Part shown: one piece after another, positions 1-12,527 of the stretch
Layout: each line of letters opens with the position of its first letter
How positions within the stretch are numbered: position 1 is the first letter of the stretch
NCBI GenBank assembly: GCA_951406725.2
Contig: OX597818.1
Span: forward strand, 55,738,001 to 55,802,000
Length of the DNA: 64,000 bases
Direction of reading: 5' to 3'
Source: Octopus vulgaris
Taxonomy: Eukaryota
Program-made: the position numbers and the translations under genes
Notes under the pieces: generated by a model
Database searches by the model: none
What the model saw: only the letters and a program-made list of their open reading frames with translations
Told to the model about the DNA's origin: nothing

Positions 1-191
1 AACACACACACACACACATACATATATATGACAGGCTTCTTTCAGTTTCCGTCTACCAAATCCACTCACAAGGCATTGGTCGGCCCGGGGCTATAGCAGA
101 AGACACTTGCCCAAGGTGCCACGCAGTGGGACTGAACCTGGAACCATGTGGTTAGTTAGCAAGCTACTTACCACACAGCCACTCCTGCGCC
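1..191 (-). mobile_element. tRNA-derived SINE family A, 5' part (runs off the window start)
   Basis: Reverse complement of the GGCGCAGGAGTGGCTGTGTGGTAAG...GGTTCAGTCCC head (A/B-box-like); near-identical to copies at 2137, 2849, 37041 and 47604. Confidence 0.9.
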
Positions 192-711
192 TAATTATTA
201 ATCTTTTAATAAGTAATATTAATATGAGAAATTCATTTAATTTAATATATCATTTAATATGAGAAATTCATTTATTTAGTTTCCTACTAAATTCTGCTTT
301 GCTGACATAAAAATACTGTTTACCTTCTGTTTTGTACTAATGTCTACTATCAGTACTTTGGTGTCAATGAAATAGGAATTAGCAGGATGCTGTTTACCAC
401 CAATACTTTGATAGGTGTCAATGAAGTAAGAACTAACAGGATATATAAGAAGGTTGCTAATTTAAAGTTGGTAAATGGTGGCAGGAATTTCCTGTTACTG
501 GAATAAAGTTTTTTGCTAAAAGAGATTAAAAAATACAAAAAAAACTACTAGCTTATAATGAAACCTGACATTCTTTTAATAGAATGTCTGTAGCTATTGT
601 TATATCACTAAAAATCATAATTCAAAGAGATTTTAGTTTTGGAAGAAATGTAAATTTGTCCAGCCAAGTTAGTGTATTTACGATAGCATTTGATGGTTAA
701 AATAACTTACA

Positions 712-937
712 ACGAGCTGGCAGAAACGTTAGCACGCCGGGCGAAATGCGTTGCCGTATTTCGTCTGCCATTACGTTCCCAGTTCAAATTCTGCCGAGGT
801 CGACTTTGCCTTTCATCCTTCCGGGGTCGATAAATTAAGTACCAGTTACGCACTGGGGTCGATGTAATCGACTTAATCCCTTTGTCTGTCCTTGTTTGTC
901 TCCTCTGTGTTTAGCCCGTTGTGGGTAGTAAAGAAAT
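712..937 (+). mobile_element. tRNA-derived SINE family B, monomer ending in tail-1
   Basis: GAGCTGGCAGAAACGTTAGC...AGTTCAAATTC head and core, ending GTGGGTAGTAAAGAAATA; more than 10 related copies in the window. Confidence 0.9.
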
Positions 938-2136
938 ATATATTTTACGTATTGGAGATATCTACAAGAATATCTCTAATATATGAAAGAGGTCTTTGTG
1001 AAGAGTGCTTTTTGTGGGGAGATGGGTGAGAAAGAGTGTTTTTTAAACTGAAATTCAATTGTTTTTGTTTAAATTCCTGTTTACTGTTCAGTGCTAACAA
1101 ATATCACTGAAACAAAAATCAACCAATCATTATCATCTTAATGTTCACTGTTCTAAGCTTGCATAGATCAGGTGGAATTCATTGAGGAAGATTTTCTGTG
1201 GCAGATGACTTTCTTGTCACTAACCATCACCTATTTCCAAGCAAGATAATACTTCCCCATGGCTGGACAAGTTTTCAAGGAAGATTAGAAATGGACACCA
1301 CTTGTATGGTGGTGATCCTTGTTTACAACTGCTGTGCAAAGTCAAGATGAGGAAGCACGCATACCCACACACACGCATACAAAGAGTCAAGTTAAAACAT
1401 TTACTCTGTCTAGTCATGCAGTAACAGTTTTGGAATTAGAATGAAATACTCCATTAATATTCTGAGCTGTCTGTGATGCTGTATTTCCAAGGAAGAACTC
1501 ACATTGAGAAGTTGTTCTTATGAAAATCAATATAACAATATAAAACAAACAGCACACGCACTCGTTGCCATTTCCTAATTTTAGTTACTAAATACTAATT
1601 TTTTTTTCTTCTCAGTGAAACGTAATACAAGACATTCTTGTTTTAATTATTTAATAAGAGGAGGAAGGGCAATAGCTATGACCTTCTTTTATGGCCTTCA
1701 AGGCTAGTGAGCATACTGGAATCCTAAACCAACTGCTGGTAACAATGGGTTCTCCTCCTAAAGTGCTCAAGAGCTGGGTGGTGGTGTTAACCACACAGCC
1801 ATACTTTACTGCTTGAAATGTAGGCCATAATATTATGTTAGATCTATGCATTTTTTGTTTTATGGTCAAGCAAGGGGCAAATTATCTGCAAAGATAATTT
1901 GCCCCTTGTACTGGTCATATTGAAAGTGTTGATGTCTGCATGGAAAAGTAGGAGCAGGAAGGGAATATCAGGGGTGGTTTAACACTTGGGAGAGAGACAT
2001 ATATCATACATATGCATATATACCTATATTTATGATTGTTATGCTTATAGTTGTCTTATCTGATAGTTAAAAGTAACTATGAATCCATATATCTGTCCTT
2101 TAAAAGTAAATTATTCATTTAATATAAATATATATA

Positions 2137-2530
2137 GGCGCAGGAGTGGCTGTGTGGTAAGTAGCTTGCTAACCAACCACATGGTTCCAGGTTCAGTCCC
2201 ACTGCGTGGTATCTTGGGCAAGTGTCTTCTGCTATAGCCCCGGGCCGACCAATGCCTTGTGAGTGGATTTGGTAGACGGAAACTGAAAGAAGCCTGTCGT
2301 ATATATGTATATATATGTGTGTGTGTGTTTGTGTTTGTCCCCCTAGCATTGCTTGACAACCGATGCTGGTGTGTTTGCTTCTCCGTCACTTAGCGGTTCG
2401 GCAAAAGAGACTGATAGAATAAGAACTGGGCTTACAAAGAATAAGTCCTGGGGTCAATTTGCTCGACTGAAGGCGGTGCTCCAGCATAGCCACAGTCAAA
2501 TGACTGAAACAAGTAAAAGAGTAAAAGAGT
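2137..2530 (+). mobile_element. SINE family A, full length
   Basis: tRNA-like head, internal (TA)n(TG)n microsatellite, 3' tail AAGTAAAAGAGTAAAAGAG. Confidence 0.92.
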
Positions 2531-2848
2531 ATATTGTCAAAGATTATTTTCCTAAACTCTTTGAAGATATTCCTCATTGCTCATATGTTGGTCTCAGAAA
2601 ACTAATATTTTGTTTGGCTTTTTGATTTTCTTAGACTGTTATATCTATTTATTTATTGTCAGTATTGTGTTATTTCTTCAGGAATTCTATTTTTCAACTG
2701 AATTATTCCTATTCTTCATGCTCGCTTGATATTTTCTTGAAACTTTTAAGGTAAATGGCCTGAAGAGTTTCTTTAGTATCGCATACTTAATTGTCAATTG
2801 ATATTGTAATTTCATTACCATCTTGGTAAACTTTGAGCAATATACATA

Positions 2849-3250
2849 GGCGCAGGAGTGGCTATGTGGTAAGTAGCTTGCTAACCAACCACATGGTTCT
2901 GGGTTCAGTCCCACTGCGTGGCACCTTGGGCAAGTGTCTTCTGCTATAGCCCCGGGCCGACCAATGCCTTCTGAGTGGATTTGGTAGACGGAAACTGAAG
3001 GAAGCCCGTCGTATATATGTATATATATATATGTGTGTGTGCGTGTATGTTTGTGTCTGTGTTTGTCCCCCTAGCATTGCTTGACAACCGATGCTGGTGT
3101 GTTTACGTCCCCGTTACTTAGTAGTTCGGCAAAAGAGACTGATAGAATAAGTACTGGGCTTACAAAAGAATAAGTCCCGGGGTCGAGTTGCTCGATTAAA
3201 GGCGGTGCTCCAGCATGGCCGCAGTCAAATGACTGAAACTAGTAAAAGAG
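2849..3250 (+). mobile_element. SINE family A, full length
   Basis: Same structure as 2137-2530 with high identity. Confidence 0.92.
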
Positions 3251-3287
3251 TATACTAATTTAAATTTAAAAGAACAATCTTCATTAA

Positions 3288-3499
3288 CCATTTTATTACC
3301 ATATTTCTGTTGAAATACACTGCTTCTGTTTGAATTAATTTAAAAAATAACAAAGAATTTAGCAAAATAACATTGTTATTATGAAACTGGTGTCTGGAAC
3401 ATGAAATTTTAATGGAAGGTATTAATTTAGATCTCTTTAAACCAAGAGCTTTGTATCATAGCTTCAGAGGCAGTCTCAAGCAAGTCGATTTTAAAAGGG
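3288..3499. mobile_element. Degenerate piggyBac-type MITE (TTAA target)
   Basis: TTAA at 3284-3287 and 3500-3503; the left end resembles the end of the 30853-31849 element, and the whole resembles 50893-51114 in reverse orientation. Confidence 0.65.
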
Positions 3500-3966
3500 T
3501 TAATAGCTTTTTCTTATCATAGAAGAACAAAAGTATATTTTAAAGTTGTCGCTGTAGTTTTGGTATCTTAATAACTTATTCTTTGAAAACACCAAGGATT
3601 GCTATGAAATTCTTCTTTGGATCTTTCCTTCAAGCTTACACAATTATTAAAGTAATAACATCAGACAATTAAAGCAGCTATTTACTTAATTTGCTTCAAC
3701 TTTATTCTATTTATTGTCTTCCATAAAGCCATTAACTATCTTTTCACTGACTACTAATTTTCCACATTTTATTTTGGCATTAAGGAGAAAAAACTACTGT
3801 GTACTGATAACTTTTTTTTTTCATCATACAAAAGTTCAGTTATTATCTACTTTGTAAAATGCCTTTCTGTTTCTAAACAATTTATGAAGCAATACCAAGA
3901 AATAAAGATGAAAGTTAAGAAAGAGCATTTGCAATGATCATTTATATTTCTTTGTTATTATCCTAG

Positions 3967-4030
3967 CTATTTCTCTTCCTGCTCTTGCTGTGTCCTAGTT
4001 CTTCTGTGCTCTTCATCATCACACATTGAA
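3967..4030 (-). CDS. Candidate terminal exon of an unidentified antisense gene (SMCDDEEHRRTRTQQEQEEK*)
   Basis: Minus-strand acceptor TCTCGTTTTAG, open frame to TAG, and AATAAA about 260 nt downstream. Phase does not directly match the 4192-4310 candidate; no homology recognised. Confidence 0.2.
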
Positions 4031-4191
4031 CTAAAACGAGATAAACATCTGTTCTTGTTGTCAACATGTATTAAATATGTATGCACAATTACTTTCTTCT
4101 TCAACAAAAAAGATTCTTACACGCTATATTTACCATTAGCCCTCTATAAAACATTTCAAAGAAATGAGTTATCATATTTGTTTATCCGTAC

Positions 4192-4310
4192 CAACAATAT
4201 GACTAAGTATGTTGCCCTTGACTGAATATCACTGTCTTCTCCCTTAATGTAAGACAGCATTAAGACATGAATGATGTTTAAGGCTTGAGGAAACTGATAA
4301 GGATCTCTGC
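4192..4310 (-). CDS. Candidate antisense exon (RDPYQFPQALNIIHVLMLSYIKGEDSDIQSRATYLVILL)
   Basis: Strong polypyrimidine acceptor ...TTGTTCTTTAAG and donor TTG|GTACGG; one open frame, phase 1 start; no homology recognised. Confidence 0.25.
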
Positions 4311-4639
4311 CTTAAAGAACAATGAAAAAAAAAGGAAATGGAAAAATTTGCTCTGTTAAGTTACTCTGTATTCTGCTTGTTATAAAATACCTACAGAAAT
4401 AAAAGAAATGTTAATAAAATATTCTCATATATTAAGCTCAGTGAATACAAGGGTTTAATTTTCAGGTTTTATTGTTAAATATTCTAAAATCTCAGAACTA
4501 TTATGAAGGTCAGCTTATTTGTTTCTTAGGGTTTGGTTTTGCACCCCTTTTTCCTGCCAAGCATCAATTATCTAATTGCTGCCACACCCAGCATTGAATA
4601 TTTTATGCAAATAAGTGACCCTAATCTTTCCTAATCATG

Positions 4640-5390
4640 CATCATCCATACACAACTCGGTTACCACATCCAAAACCTGCATTGACTCTATAAATGGAAG
4701 CCTTGAGAGTATCCTTCAGTGAGGTCATGCCAATGAGGTCATACCAATGAGGTCATGCCAATGAGGTCATGCCAATGAGGTCATACCAATGAGGTCATGC
4801 CAATCTGGTCCCTTTAACAGCCAAAACATTTTAGCGCTATTCATATAAAAGAAAACCACCACTGTATCACAACCCCTTTAACCATGAGCAACTCTCAGAC
4901 AGAGCCCTCACAGTCACTCTCAATGCTGGGCCTCATTATCACCAAGGATCTTTTCCTGGTAAAAACAAATTCTTAGCATAGCTAGGACCTCAACCAAAGA
5001 ATGGCCCTTTGGGACTTGAAGATATTTCAGTCCCCAACAGCTGCTGACACTCTACAAGGCTTAAATAATGGAATTCTGTTACTATGCATATTGATATCCT
5101 GGACTGCATCCAGAGAAGAGTCACTCAGCTGCTTTGCATCCCATCTTTACTGGACATCTTCAGCCTCTGATCCACAAGTATTCTTTATCTTTCTATTGCT
5201 ACTGTAATGGTTTTTACTCCTCAGAGCTAGCTGGTCTTATATATCCACCACTCAGGTGCTCAGATGCTCCACGTATCTTTCCTCACCCTTGTTGCATCCA
5301 TTCTCTCCCCTACACTAACCTCTATGTGCAAGCCTTTTCCCTTCAGAATATTAGCTCTCTGGAGTCTTCTCTCAGCTCGTGAATTTCTGA
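4640..5390 (+). mobile_element. Decayed LINE (L2/CR1-group) ORF2 3' fragment
   Basis: Frameshifted peptides such as LGLIITKDL, YFSPQQLLTLYKA and YCYCNGFYSSELAGLI resemble the post-RT C-terminus of L2/Crack-like LINEs. Confidence 0.6.
4721..4804. repeat. 14-bp minisatellite x6 (GAGGTCATRCCAAT)
   Basis: Six exact-length units with variant pattern G-A-G-G-A-G, equivalent to a 42-bp trimer duplicated. Confidence 0.95.
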
Positions 5391-5409
5391 AAACATGGAG
5401 ATTATAAAA

Positions 5410-5640
5410 CAGTGGTTCCTAAAGTGGCCAGTATTGCCCCCCTGGTGGTGGTGGAAAGTTCCAAGGGGGCATTGAAGAAAAGTTAGGGGAAGATGGGGCA
5501 GCAATTCATGTAAAAATTTGGGCGATAATGGGGTAGTGAATCATGTAAAAATTGGGTCAATAATGGGGTGGCGGTTCATGTAAAACTTGGGCCAATAATG
5601 GAGTGGTGGTTCGTGTAAAAACAACAAAATAATGGCTTTG
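5410..5640 (+). mobile_element. hAT-like terminal fragment containing a ~35-bp tandem repeat x4
   Basis: Starts CAGTGGTTCCTAAAGTGG (Charlie-like TIR); units GGGG...TCATGTAAAA...GG.CAATAAT at about 5495-5620; second TIR not found. Confidence 0.5.
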
Positions 5641-5699
5641 TTAGGTTAAGTTTTATTTGTGAAGTAAAGTTGCCTTGAATTTGTTTCAAGAAGAGGTCC

Positions 5700-6230
5700 A
5701 CATATGTGATGGTTAGTTGGGGTAGGGTGCGAGGAATGTAACTTGGGTTACATGTCTCTGAACAGTTTCCAGGAGGTCAATGTTCTGAGGAAGATAGGAG
5801 TTCCAGACTGGTGATGCAAATTCCAAGTGTGGCTGCACCATAGCCATATACAGCCTTAAACAGATAGCTGGAAAGCAGCTGACAAAAATCTTGCTGAGTG
5901 ATGTCAAGACACCCTCAGCCTTCTTGACAATTTTAGAGATGTTTTGTCCAGTGCAAATCGCTGCTGACAGTTATGCCCAGGTCATGTTCACAAGAAGACT
6001 TCTTGATATTAGTGTTGTGGAGGGAGTATGTGGATGCTGAGTTTTCCCTCTCAAAATGCATGGTGGTACACTTGTCTACAGCCAGCTTGAGTTGCCAGTC
6101 TATGATCCATTGCTACATTGTGTCCAGGTCCGAGTGCAGGAAAGGTCTATAATGTTCAGGATCTGTCCTTTTTATCTCAAGGTACAACTGGAGGGTGAGG
6201 TCTCTGCTTTGAATGTACATATTTCCAGAA
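5700..6230 (-). mobile_element. Decayed CR1-type LINE, RT C-terminal fragment
   Basis: ORF 5713-5907 encodes LYMAMVQPHLEFASPVWNSYLPQNIDLLETVQRHVT, the typical CR1 post-RT motif; upstream frames give WQLKLAVDKCTTMHF. Confidence 0.8.
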
Positions 6231-6234
6231 CACC

Positions 6235-6650
6235 TTACTGTTGGTTGCTATGCGCCATTCAGATTCAAGCACTGCCCTTTTTGTCACCTGCTTGAGATGG
6301 TTGGATGATTTTTTTGTACTTTTTTCTATTTATATCTGATTTATGCAGTTTGTATTCCCGTTCAGCATTACAACATTCTTTCCTGGCAAGTCTGACTGCT
6401 GCAGTCTCCCAAAATTGCACTTTAGGTATGTTTTTTGTGCATACGTGGTACCGATGCTGCACATGCTTTCCATATTGAATTCAATATGTTCTGAAGTATA
6501 GTGTTCACATCTCCGGAGTCGTAAAATTCCAGCCAGTTTGGGCATTGTAGCTCAGTGCAGTAAGGGTTCCAGTTTGCTTTATCCCAATCAAAGCAAGCAG
6601 TTTGGAGATGGCCATAGTTTTTGTTACTGCCCATAAGGGACTGATTGGCA
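6235..6650 (-). mobile_element. Decayed LINE ORF2 endonuclease-RT linker fragment (I/Jockey-like)
   Basis: FDWDKANWNPYCTEL and AVRLARKECCNAEREYK resemble the linker region of APE-type LINEs. Confidence 0.5.
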
Positions 6651-6883
6651 ATGATCAGAGTTTTTAACTATCTTTCAGCTAGAATTGAGCTCACAGAACT
6701 TAATTTATAACATAGAATATTAATATTCTGATCCATTTGACCTTAATTGGTAGTTTAACACTTTGTTGCCTTACCACTAAATGATAACTGCAAATAAATG
6801 TCTTACAAATAAAGATTTATGAGCTGATAGATATGTCTATATTTAGAAATATCGTCCCTGAAGCTTGTGGTGAATATTTCATC

Positions 6884-7251
6884 AAACGGAAAAATAAATG
6901 CAGAGTAGATATTCTTTTATTTTTATTGATCTAAGGCCATGCTGGAACATTACCATATAGAGTATAATCGATTAATTGATTTGAATACCTATTCTATTAA
7001 CCTTTGGAAAGTGAAAAAATGCAGAGTAGATATTCTTTTATTTTTATTGATCTAAGGCCATGCTGGAACATTACCATATAGAGTATAATCGATTAATTGA
7101 TTTGAATACCTATTCAGGAAACGGAAAAATAAATGCAGAGTAGATATTCTTTTATTTTTATTGATCTAAGGCCATGCTGGAACATTACCATATAGAGTAT
7201 AATCGATTAATTGATTTGAATACCTATTCTATTAACCTTTGGAAAGTGAAA
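6884..7251. repeat. Recent tandem triplication of a ~100-133 bp unique segment
   Basis: Three essentially identical copies of AAATGCAGAGTAGATATTC...GAATACCTATTC with staggered end points. Confidence 0.95.
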
Positions 7252-8049
7252 GACACTGAGAACCTCTTAGACTAATAAACGTCTACAATTACAAAGATAA
7301 GTAATCTGAGAAAAATTAATATCCAACAGGAGCTAATAGTTATATCACTTATCTTGCAGATTATCATCTAATTAATCTAAAAATGAATTTAAACTGTTTT
7401 CATTCTCACAGTTTAGCAGTGTCTGGATCTGTCGACATCAGCTCCTTTTTGTTACATCCAGTGTCCAACTTTCTACCGACTAAGTATTCTGTTACTGTTA
7501 GTGTATGTCTGTTTGCAGCTGTGTGTATTAAAAATTAACTGACCTAAATAATGTCTATAGTGTTTTTAGTTGGGAGAGAAATGCAGTTGTTTTTTACAGA
7601 CTTATCAAACTTTGCACTTGATTTCTAAACTCATCTTTATTTCACTTTATTCGCTGTTTTTGCTTATTTTCTGCACTAGGAAATTTTTGTAAAAAAAATA
7701 GCTTTCACAAAATGGCTTTAAATATTTTCCCTTATTCATTTTATGAATGTTAAAACTCAATACAAACTAATCATATTAGTTATATACAAAGAAACCAGTA
7801 TTATAATTACTTCTACAAGTATATATATATATATATATATACATATATATAAAACAAAATACGTGGGAGTGTTTACATTGCTGTATTCTATTTCAACTGT
7901 CCATTTTTGACAGTATGAGACGTAGGTTCCTCTCTATGAAAATATGCAGACTTGCATTTATGTTGTCTTTCTGTAATAGCTATATATTTCCCTATTTTCT
8001 ATTACTCTTGTTTCTCATCAGAAATTACTTTCTTTATATCTTCCCTTAC

Positions 8050-8116
8050 CAAGCTGGATTTTGCATATATCATGCTGTTTCTTTACTACTCTTTCTTTTG
8101 CTTTTTGGTGATTCTT
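8050..8116 (-). CDS. Candidate antisense exon (KNHQKAKERVVKKQHDICKIQL/G)
   Basis: Acceptor TTTATCAG and strong donor TTG|GTAAGG; phase 0 to phase 1, compatible with the 4192-4310 candidate. Confidence 0.25.
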
Positions 8117-8640
8117 CTGATAAATAATTTATTTATCAGCTAAAGTTCTTCCTTATTACAGTAAAATTTCAAACATCTCTCTTCCTCTGTCTCTACTGTC
8201 AGTTGTATTTGGTTTTTTCATCATAAATTTTGAATTTAGATTAGTTTTCAAATGTGACCTGCTTTTATGGCATGTCACACAGACTTTACACTTATTTCCT
8301 CAAAAATATCATTCTCAATACAGATTATCATACAACTTAAAGCAACAATGTAAATTTATGTTTTATAATTATCCAGACATTAATACATGTGAAATTGCTA
8401 TGAAACATTTATAATTATAAAAGCTTCTCATGAGAGAAGCTTTTTAAATCTGAAGCCAGAGTCAATCTTACTTCATTTCTGCTACCATATCATCAAAAGA
8501 GTAATTAAAATTCTTTTTATTAATTTTGGTCTTTGGATAGGGATCATGCTCAAGTACTGATGTCGAGGGTCTTCGTGTATTGTATTGACCCTGGTGCTTA
8601 TTTTAGTCTTGTATTTGTTTTATTATTCCCTATTTATTAA

Positions 8641-8945
8641 TGTGAAGGTGCATGGCCTAGTGATTAGGTTTGTTGCACTCATGATCCTGAGATTGTGGTT
8701 TCAATTCCCAGACAAGCTGAATTTTGTGTTCTTGAGCAAAACACTTCATTTCACATTGCTGCAGTCCACTCAGCTGTACATGGGTCACTCTGTGATGGAC
8801 TAGTCTTCTGATCAGAGGGAATGTTGTCATGCTTGCCTGGCCAGCTGGGTGGCATCATCCAAAAGCTAGAATGATACAAAGCACATTGTAATCAGTGATG
8901 TATAACAACAGCTGATAGTTTGGTCAATGACATGATCATATGGTT
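8641..8945 (+). mobile_element. Old tRNA-derived SINE (family C)
   Basis: TGGCCTAGTG A-box-like and GGTTTCAATTCC B-box-like motifs, with core TTGAGCAAAACACTTCATTTCACATTGCT.CAGTCCACTCAGCTG; related copies near 10540-10748, 15497-15667, 17831-18000 and 59370-59714. Confidence 0.65.
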
Positions 8946-10049
8946 TATTCATGTAGCATGGCAAAGTGGTTAAAGTTTGCAGGGCATCTTTGGCAAGTGT
9001 CTTTTATTGTAGTTTTGGGTTGACTTGAGATGTGAGTTAAATTGGGTGGATGGAATCTGTAGAAGTTCATTGGCTGGATTGTAGCTCAGATCCAAATGTC
9101 CAGTCTTGTTACTTATTGTGTTACATTAATTGGGCCTCACGCAGGCAATGACTAAGACCTTTGGCATTATGTCGTGCTTGAGAAGAAGAGCCATCAACCT
9201 GTGGCAGATACTGATGTCATGCAAATTGGCACCCATGCTGGTGGCATGTAAAAGCACCCAAGTGTTACTGAAATGACGCCTGTGCTAATGGCACATAAAA
9301 GCACCCTCTACACTCTCGGAGTGGTTGTTGTTAGGAAAGGCATCCAACTGTAGAAAACAATGCCAAATCAGACTGGAACCTGGCGCAGCCTTCCAATGTG
9401 CCAGGAAGATGGAGGGATTGACTACTGACAGAACAAATGCCATTCTTCTATGCACAGGCAGCATGGCACAGTGAATTGGTGAGAAGATAATGAAAAAGAG
9501 CAGTAAATTGAAATTTAACAGGAATATAAGAGGCAAGAAACACAATGATATATTTCATATTCCAACCTCCATTATTACCACCTGTTGATGTTCTAACGTC
9601 GAAATAATCCTTTCTATTATAGGCACAAGGCCTGAAATTTGTAGGGAGGGAGTAAGTTGATCATTTACTTAATTTATTGACCCCGAAAGGATGAAAGGCA
9701 AAGTTGACCTCAGCAGATTTTGAGCTTTTAGTGCCAAAATGATGAAGTTATATGAAGAGACAGCAAATCTGAAAGCTTGTGGTTGTAGTGTGTTGGTAAA
9801 TGAATTTATGCCAATCATTTGGAGGACCTTGTTTCAGACGCTTTCTGTGAAGTTTGTGCGTGTAGTGTTCTAACATATCTCACTTGAATATTAAAGAGAA
9901 TCAGTCAACAATTGAACAGAGTTGAAGTATTTTTCATTGCTGGAAAGGAAAGTTTGTCTTTTCAATGGAGTTTGTACTGTGGACTGTATGGTCACCAAGG
10001 AAAATTGTCAGAGATTGAGAGACTTAGAATTTTCAATAATTTTTATTCT

Positions 10050-10402
10050 ATGTTGCCACCATGTGGTTCCAGACTCAGTTCTGCTGCTCCACACCTTCAG
10101 CAACAGGTGTTTTCTACTATAGTCCTGGGCTAACTAAAGCATTGTGAGTGAATTTGGTGCCCAGAAACTGTGTGGAAACTTATTAATATAACGAGTGTGT
10201 GTGTGTGTGTTTGTCTACCACCACCACTTGGTAGCTGATGTCTGTTTATTTATGTCTTTGTGACTTAGCAGTATAGCAAAAGAGACCAACAATGAAAAAA
10301 AAAGAGAACTCATTTTTAAAGCAAACTTTAAAAAATAAGTACTCGGTTGATTTGTTCACTCAAACATTTCAAGGCAGTGCCCCAGCATGGCCACAGTCTG
10401 AT
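10050..10402 (+). mobile_element. Degenerate SINE family A
   Basis: Collinear with family A including the internal TG repeat and 3' CCCAGCATGGCCACAGTC...AAATAAAAGA. Confidence 0.75.
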
Positions 10403-12402
10403 GACATAAACAAATAAAAGACAGGCTGTAGATGTTCTGAGCTATAGATTTTGCGTATTGTTCAAGACTAAGTAGCACAGACAGACTGTTCAGTTTAATT
10501 GTTTATATTTTTGGCGATGATTTATTGCTCTTACAATCGACATTGTACATGCTGTACATTAGCCCACTCCCTCCATCGAATCGACATGGTCTGTACAGGT
10601 GCACAAGTGTGCCACACATCAGATGTTGAAATGGTCACAGAGTAATGTGTTTGGCTCAAGAACACAACGTGCCACCTTATCCGGGAATCAAACCCATGAT
10701 CTTACGATCACGAGTGCAGCATCCTAACCACTAGGCCACATGCCTTCTACAACATTATTATATATAGTAATACATAATTCTGAGCAAAAAAAAAAAAATA
10801 ATCTAAGTCTCTCTCAGTAGGTTGAACTGAAAGTAAAGTCAATTTATAATCTGATATGACAAATACCAGCAGTTTCATTATAACTTGTTTTGGTGGGGAG
10901 AGTCATTCTCTTTTAGTGCCTTATTATTTAACACACTCACTGGTAAAGTTTCCACTCATTTACTTATTTATTTTCCCTAAAATTTTCATTGTATCTTGCA
11001 ACCTTTTCAGTAGTCATTGACTCCAAAAACGAAGTATTATAACTGTGATAAGTTAATTCCAGTGGTGGGACTTGAGAACTTCATTTTATCAGTTCAATTA
11101 CAATACTTCTATCAAATTTTAATAACTGGTCTGCATTACTTATTGCACGATATTGAGTTTACTTGGTACAAATATTTGTATTTAGGTCAATCAAAAAGTG
11201 TCATTGTGATCACTGAGCTTGCTAGAAACAGCAGGCAAATATTGCATAAATCACACTTTATCATCTTCCAAAAGAAAAAAAAATGAAAAAAAAAAATTGG
11301 ATAAGTTTTAGATACATTACATATTTGGTATAATGCTTTTGATCAAAAGGTAAACAAGAATAAGTAAATTATATATTTCTGGCAGACTCATTAGCATGCT
11401 GGGCAAAATACTTACTGCCACTTCTTCTGGGCTTTAGTTCTGAGTTCAAATTTTGCCAAGGTCAGCTTAGTTTTTCATATTTTTGGGGGTCAATAAAATA
11501 AGTTACTGTTGAGCACTATGATCAATGTAATTGATTTCTTTCTCTCTTCAAAATTGCTGATCTTGTGGCAAAAATGAGGAAGAATATTTCTAAATATGCA
11601 AAAGAATCACCAAAATAAAGAGATATGGAATTTGTAGAGAGCAGAGAGATTACGGAAATGTTTTCTCTGAATGTTGGAAACTACAAATATAGAAGCTACA
11701 CCAGAATAATATAATCTCGCACTTGTTTGTGTGTGCTTTAAATGATGCTGGCATTGGTTTTTGAACATGAAAGAAGTAGGGGTAAAGTGAGTTCATAACT
11801 TCAGGAATGGAATGCTTATTCTTTGAAAATGGAATGGCAATAATTGACAGTGCCAAGGAAATAATATCCTTTGGACTGTAATATATTTAAATTGCTGATT
11901 AGATATTCGAAATTAGGAAAATAAAAGAAGGAAAAGAATGTTCTATATGATGATGTAGTTATGTGCTTGCAGCTCTATTATTCCATATCTCTTGGACAGA
12001 ATCATTAATTAAGGGTTTTAGTTCATTTCCATTCTGATATCTCTTGTTATATTGCAGTCCCCTTTATATTGTCCCCTTTATTTGTTATCACTCATTCCCC
12101 AGCACAAGGCTGTTATCACTCACTCCCCCACAAGACTAGATTCCCTTATCACTCACCTACTTGAATTTCATTTCATTTCATTCTTTTGCTGTTTGACACA
12201 CTTTTTATTTTATTTTTTTTTTTCCGTTTTTCTTTCTCTTTTTTTTTTGGCTTGTTCCCTTGTTTTATGGGATAATCAGTTTTGTGATGGCTGCCATCAG
12301 AGTGGCTGTGGTAGGCCTTTCCCTTGATAATGTCATTGACTGATAGAACAGCCTTTTCTATCTTGACATCAAGTGGCAGTTTTAACATGTAAAGTTCAAT
12401 TT

Positions 12403-12527
<125 letters not shown>

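Noticed and set aside
2111-2625. Recurrent ORFs such as RQASFSFRLPNPLTRHWSARG (also at 2862, 37208, 47780)
   Set aside because: Translations of SINE family A and its microsatellite, not genes
2682-2750. Plus-strand 69-nt segment with good acceptor and AAG|GTAAAT donor
   Set aside because: Only one low-information open frame, no homology, sandwiched between SINEs; cannot be supported without RNA data
4721-7251. Short direct-repeat arrays superficially like CRISPR
   Set aside because: No unique spacers, no cas genes, and a eukaryotic context
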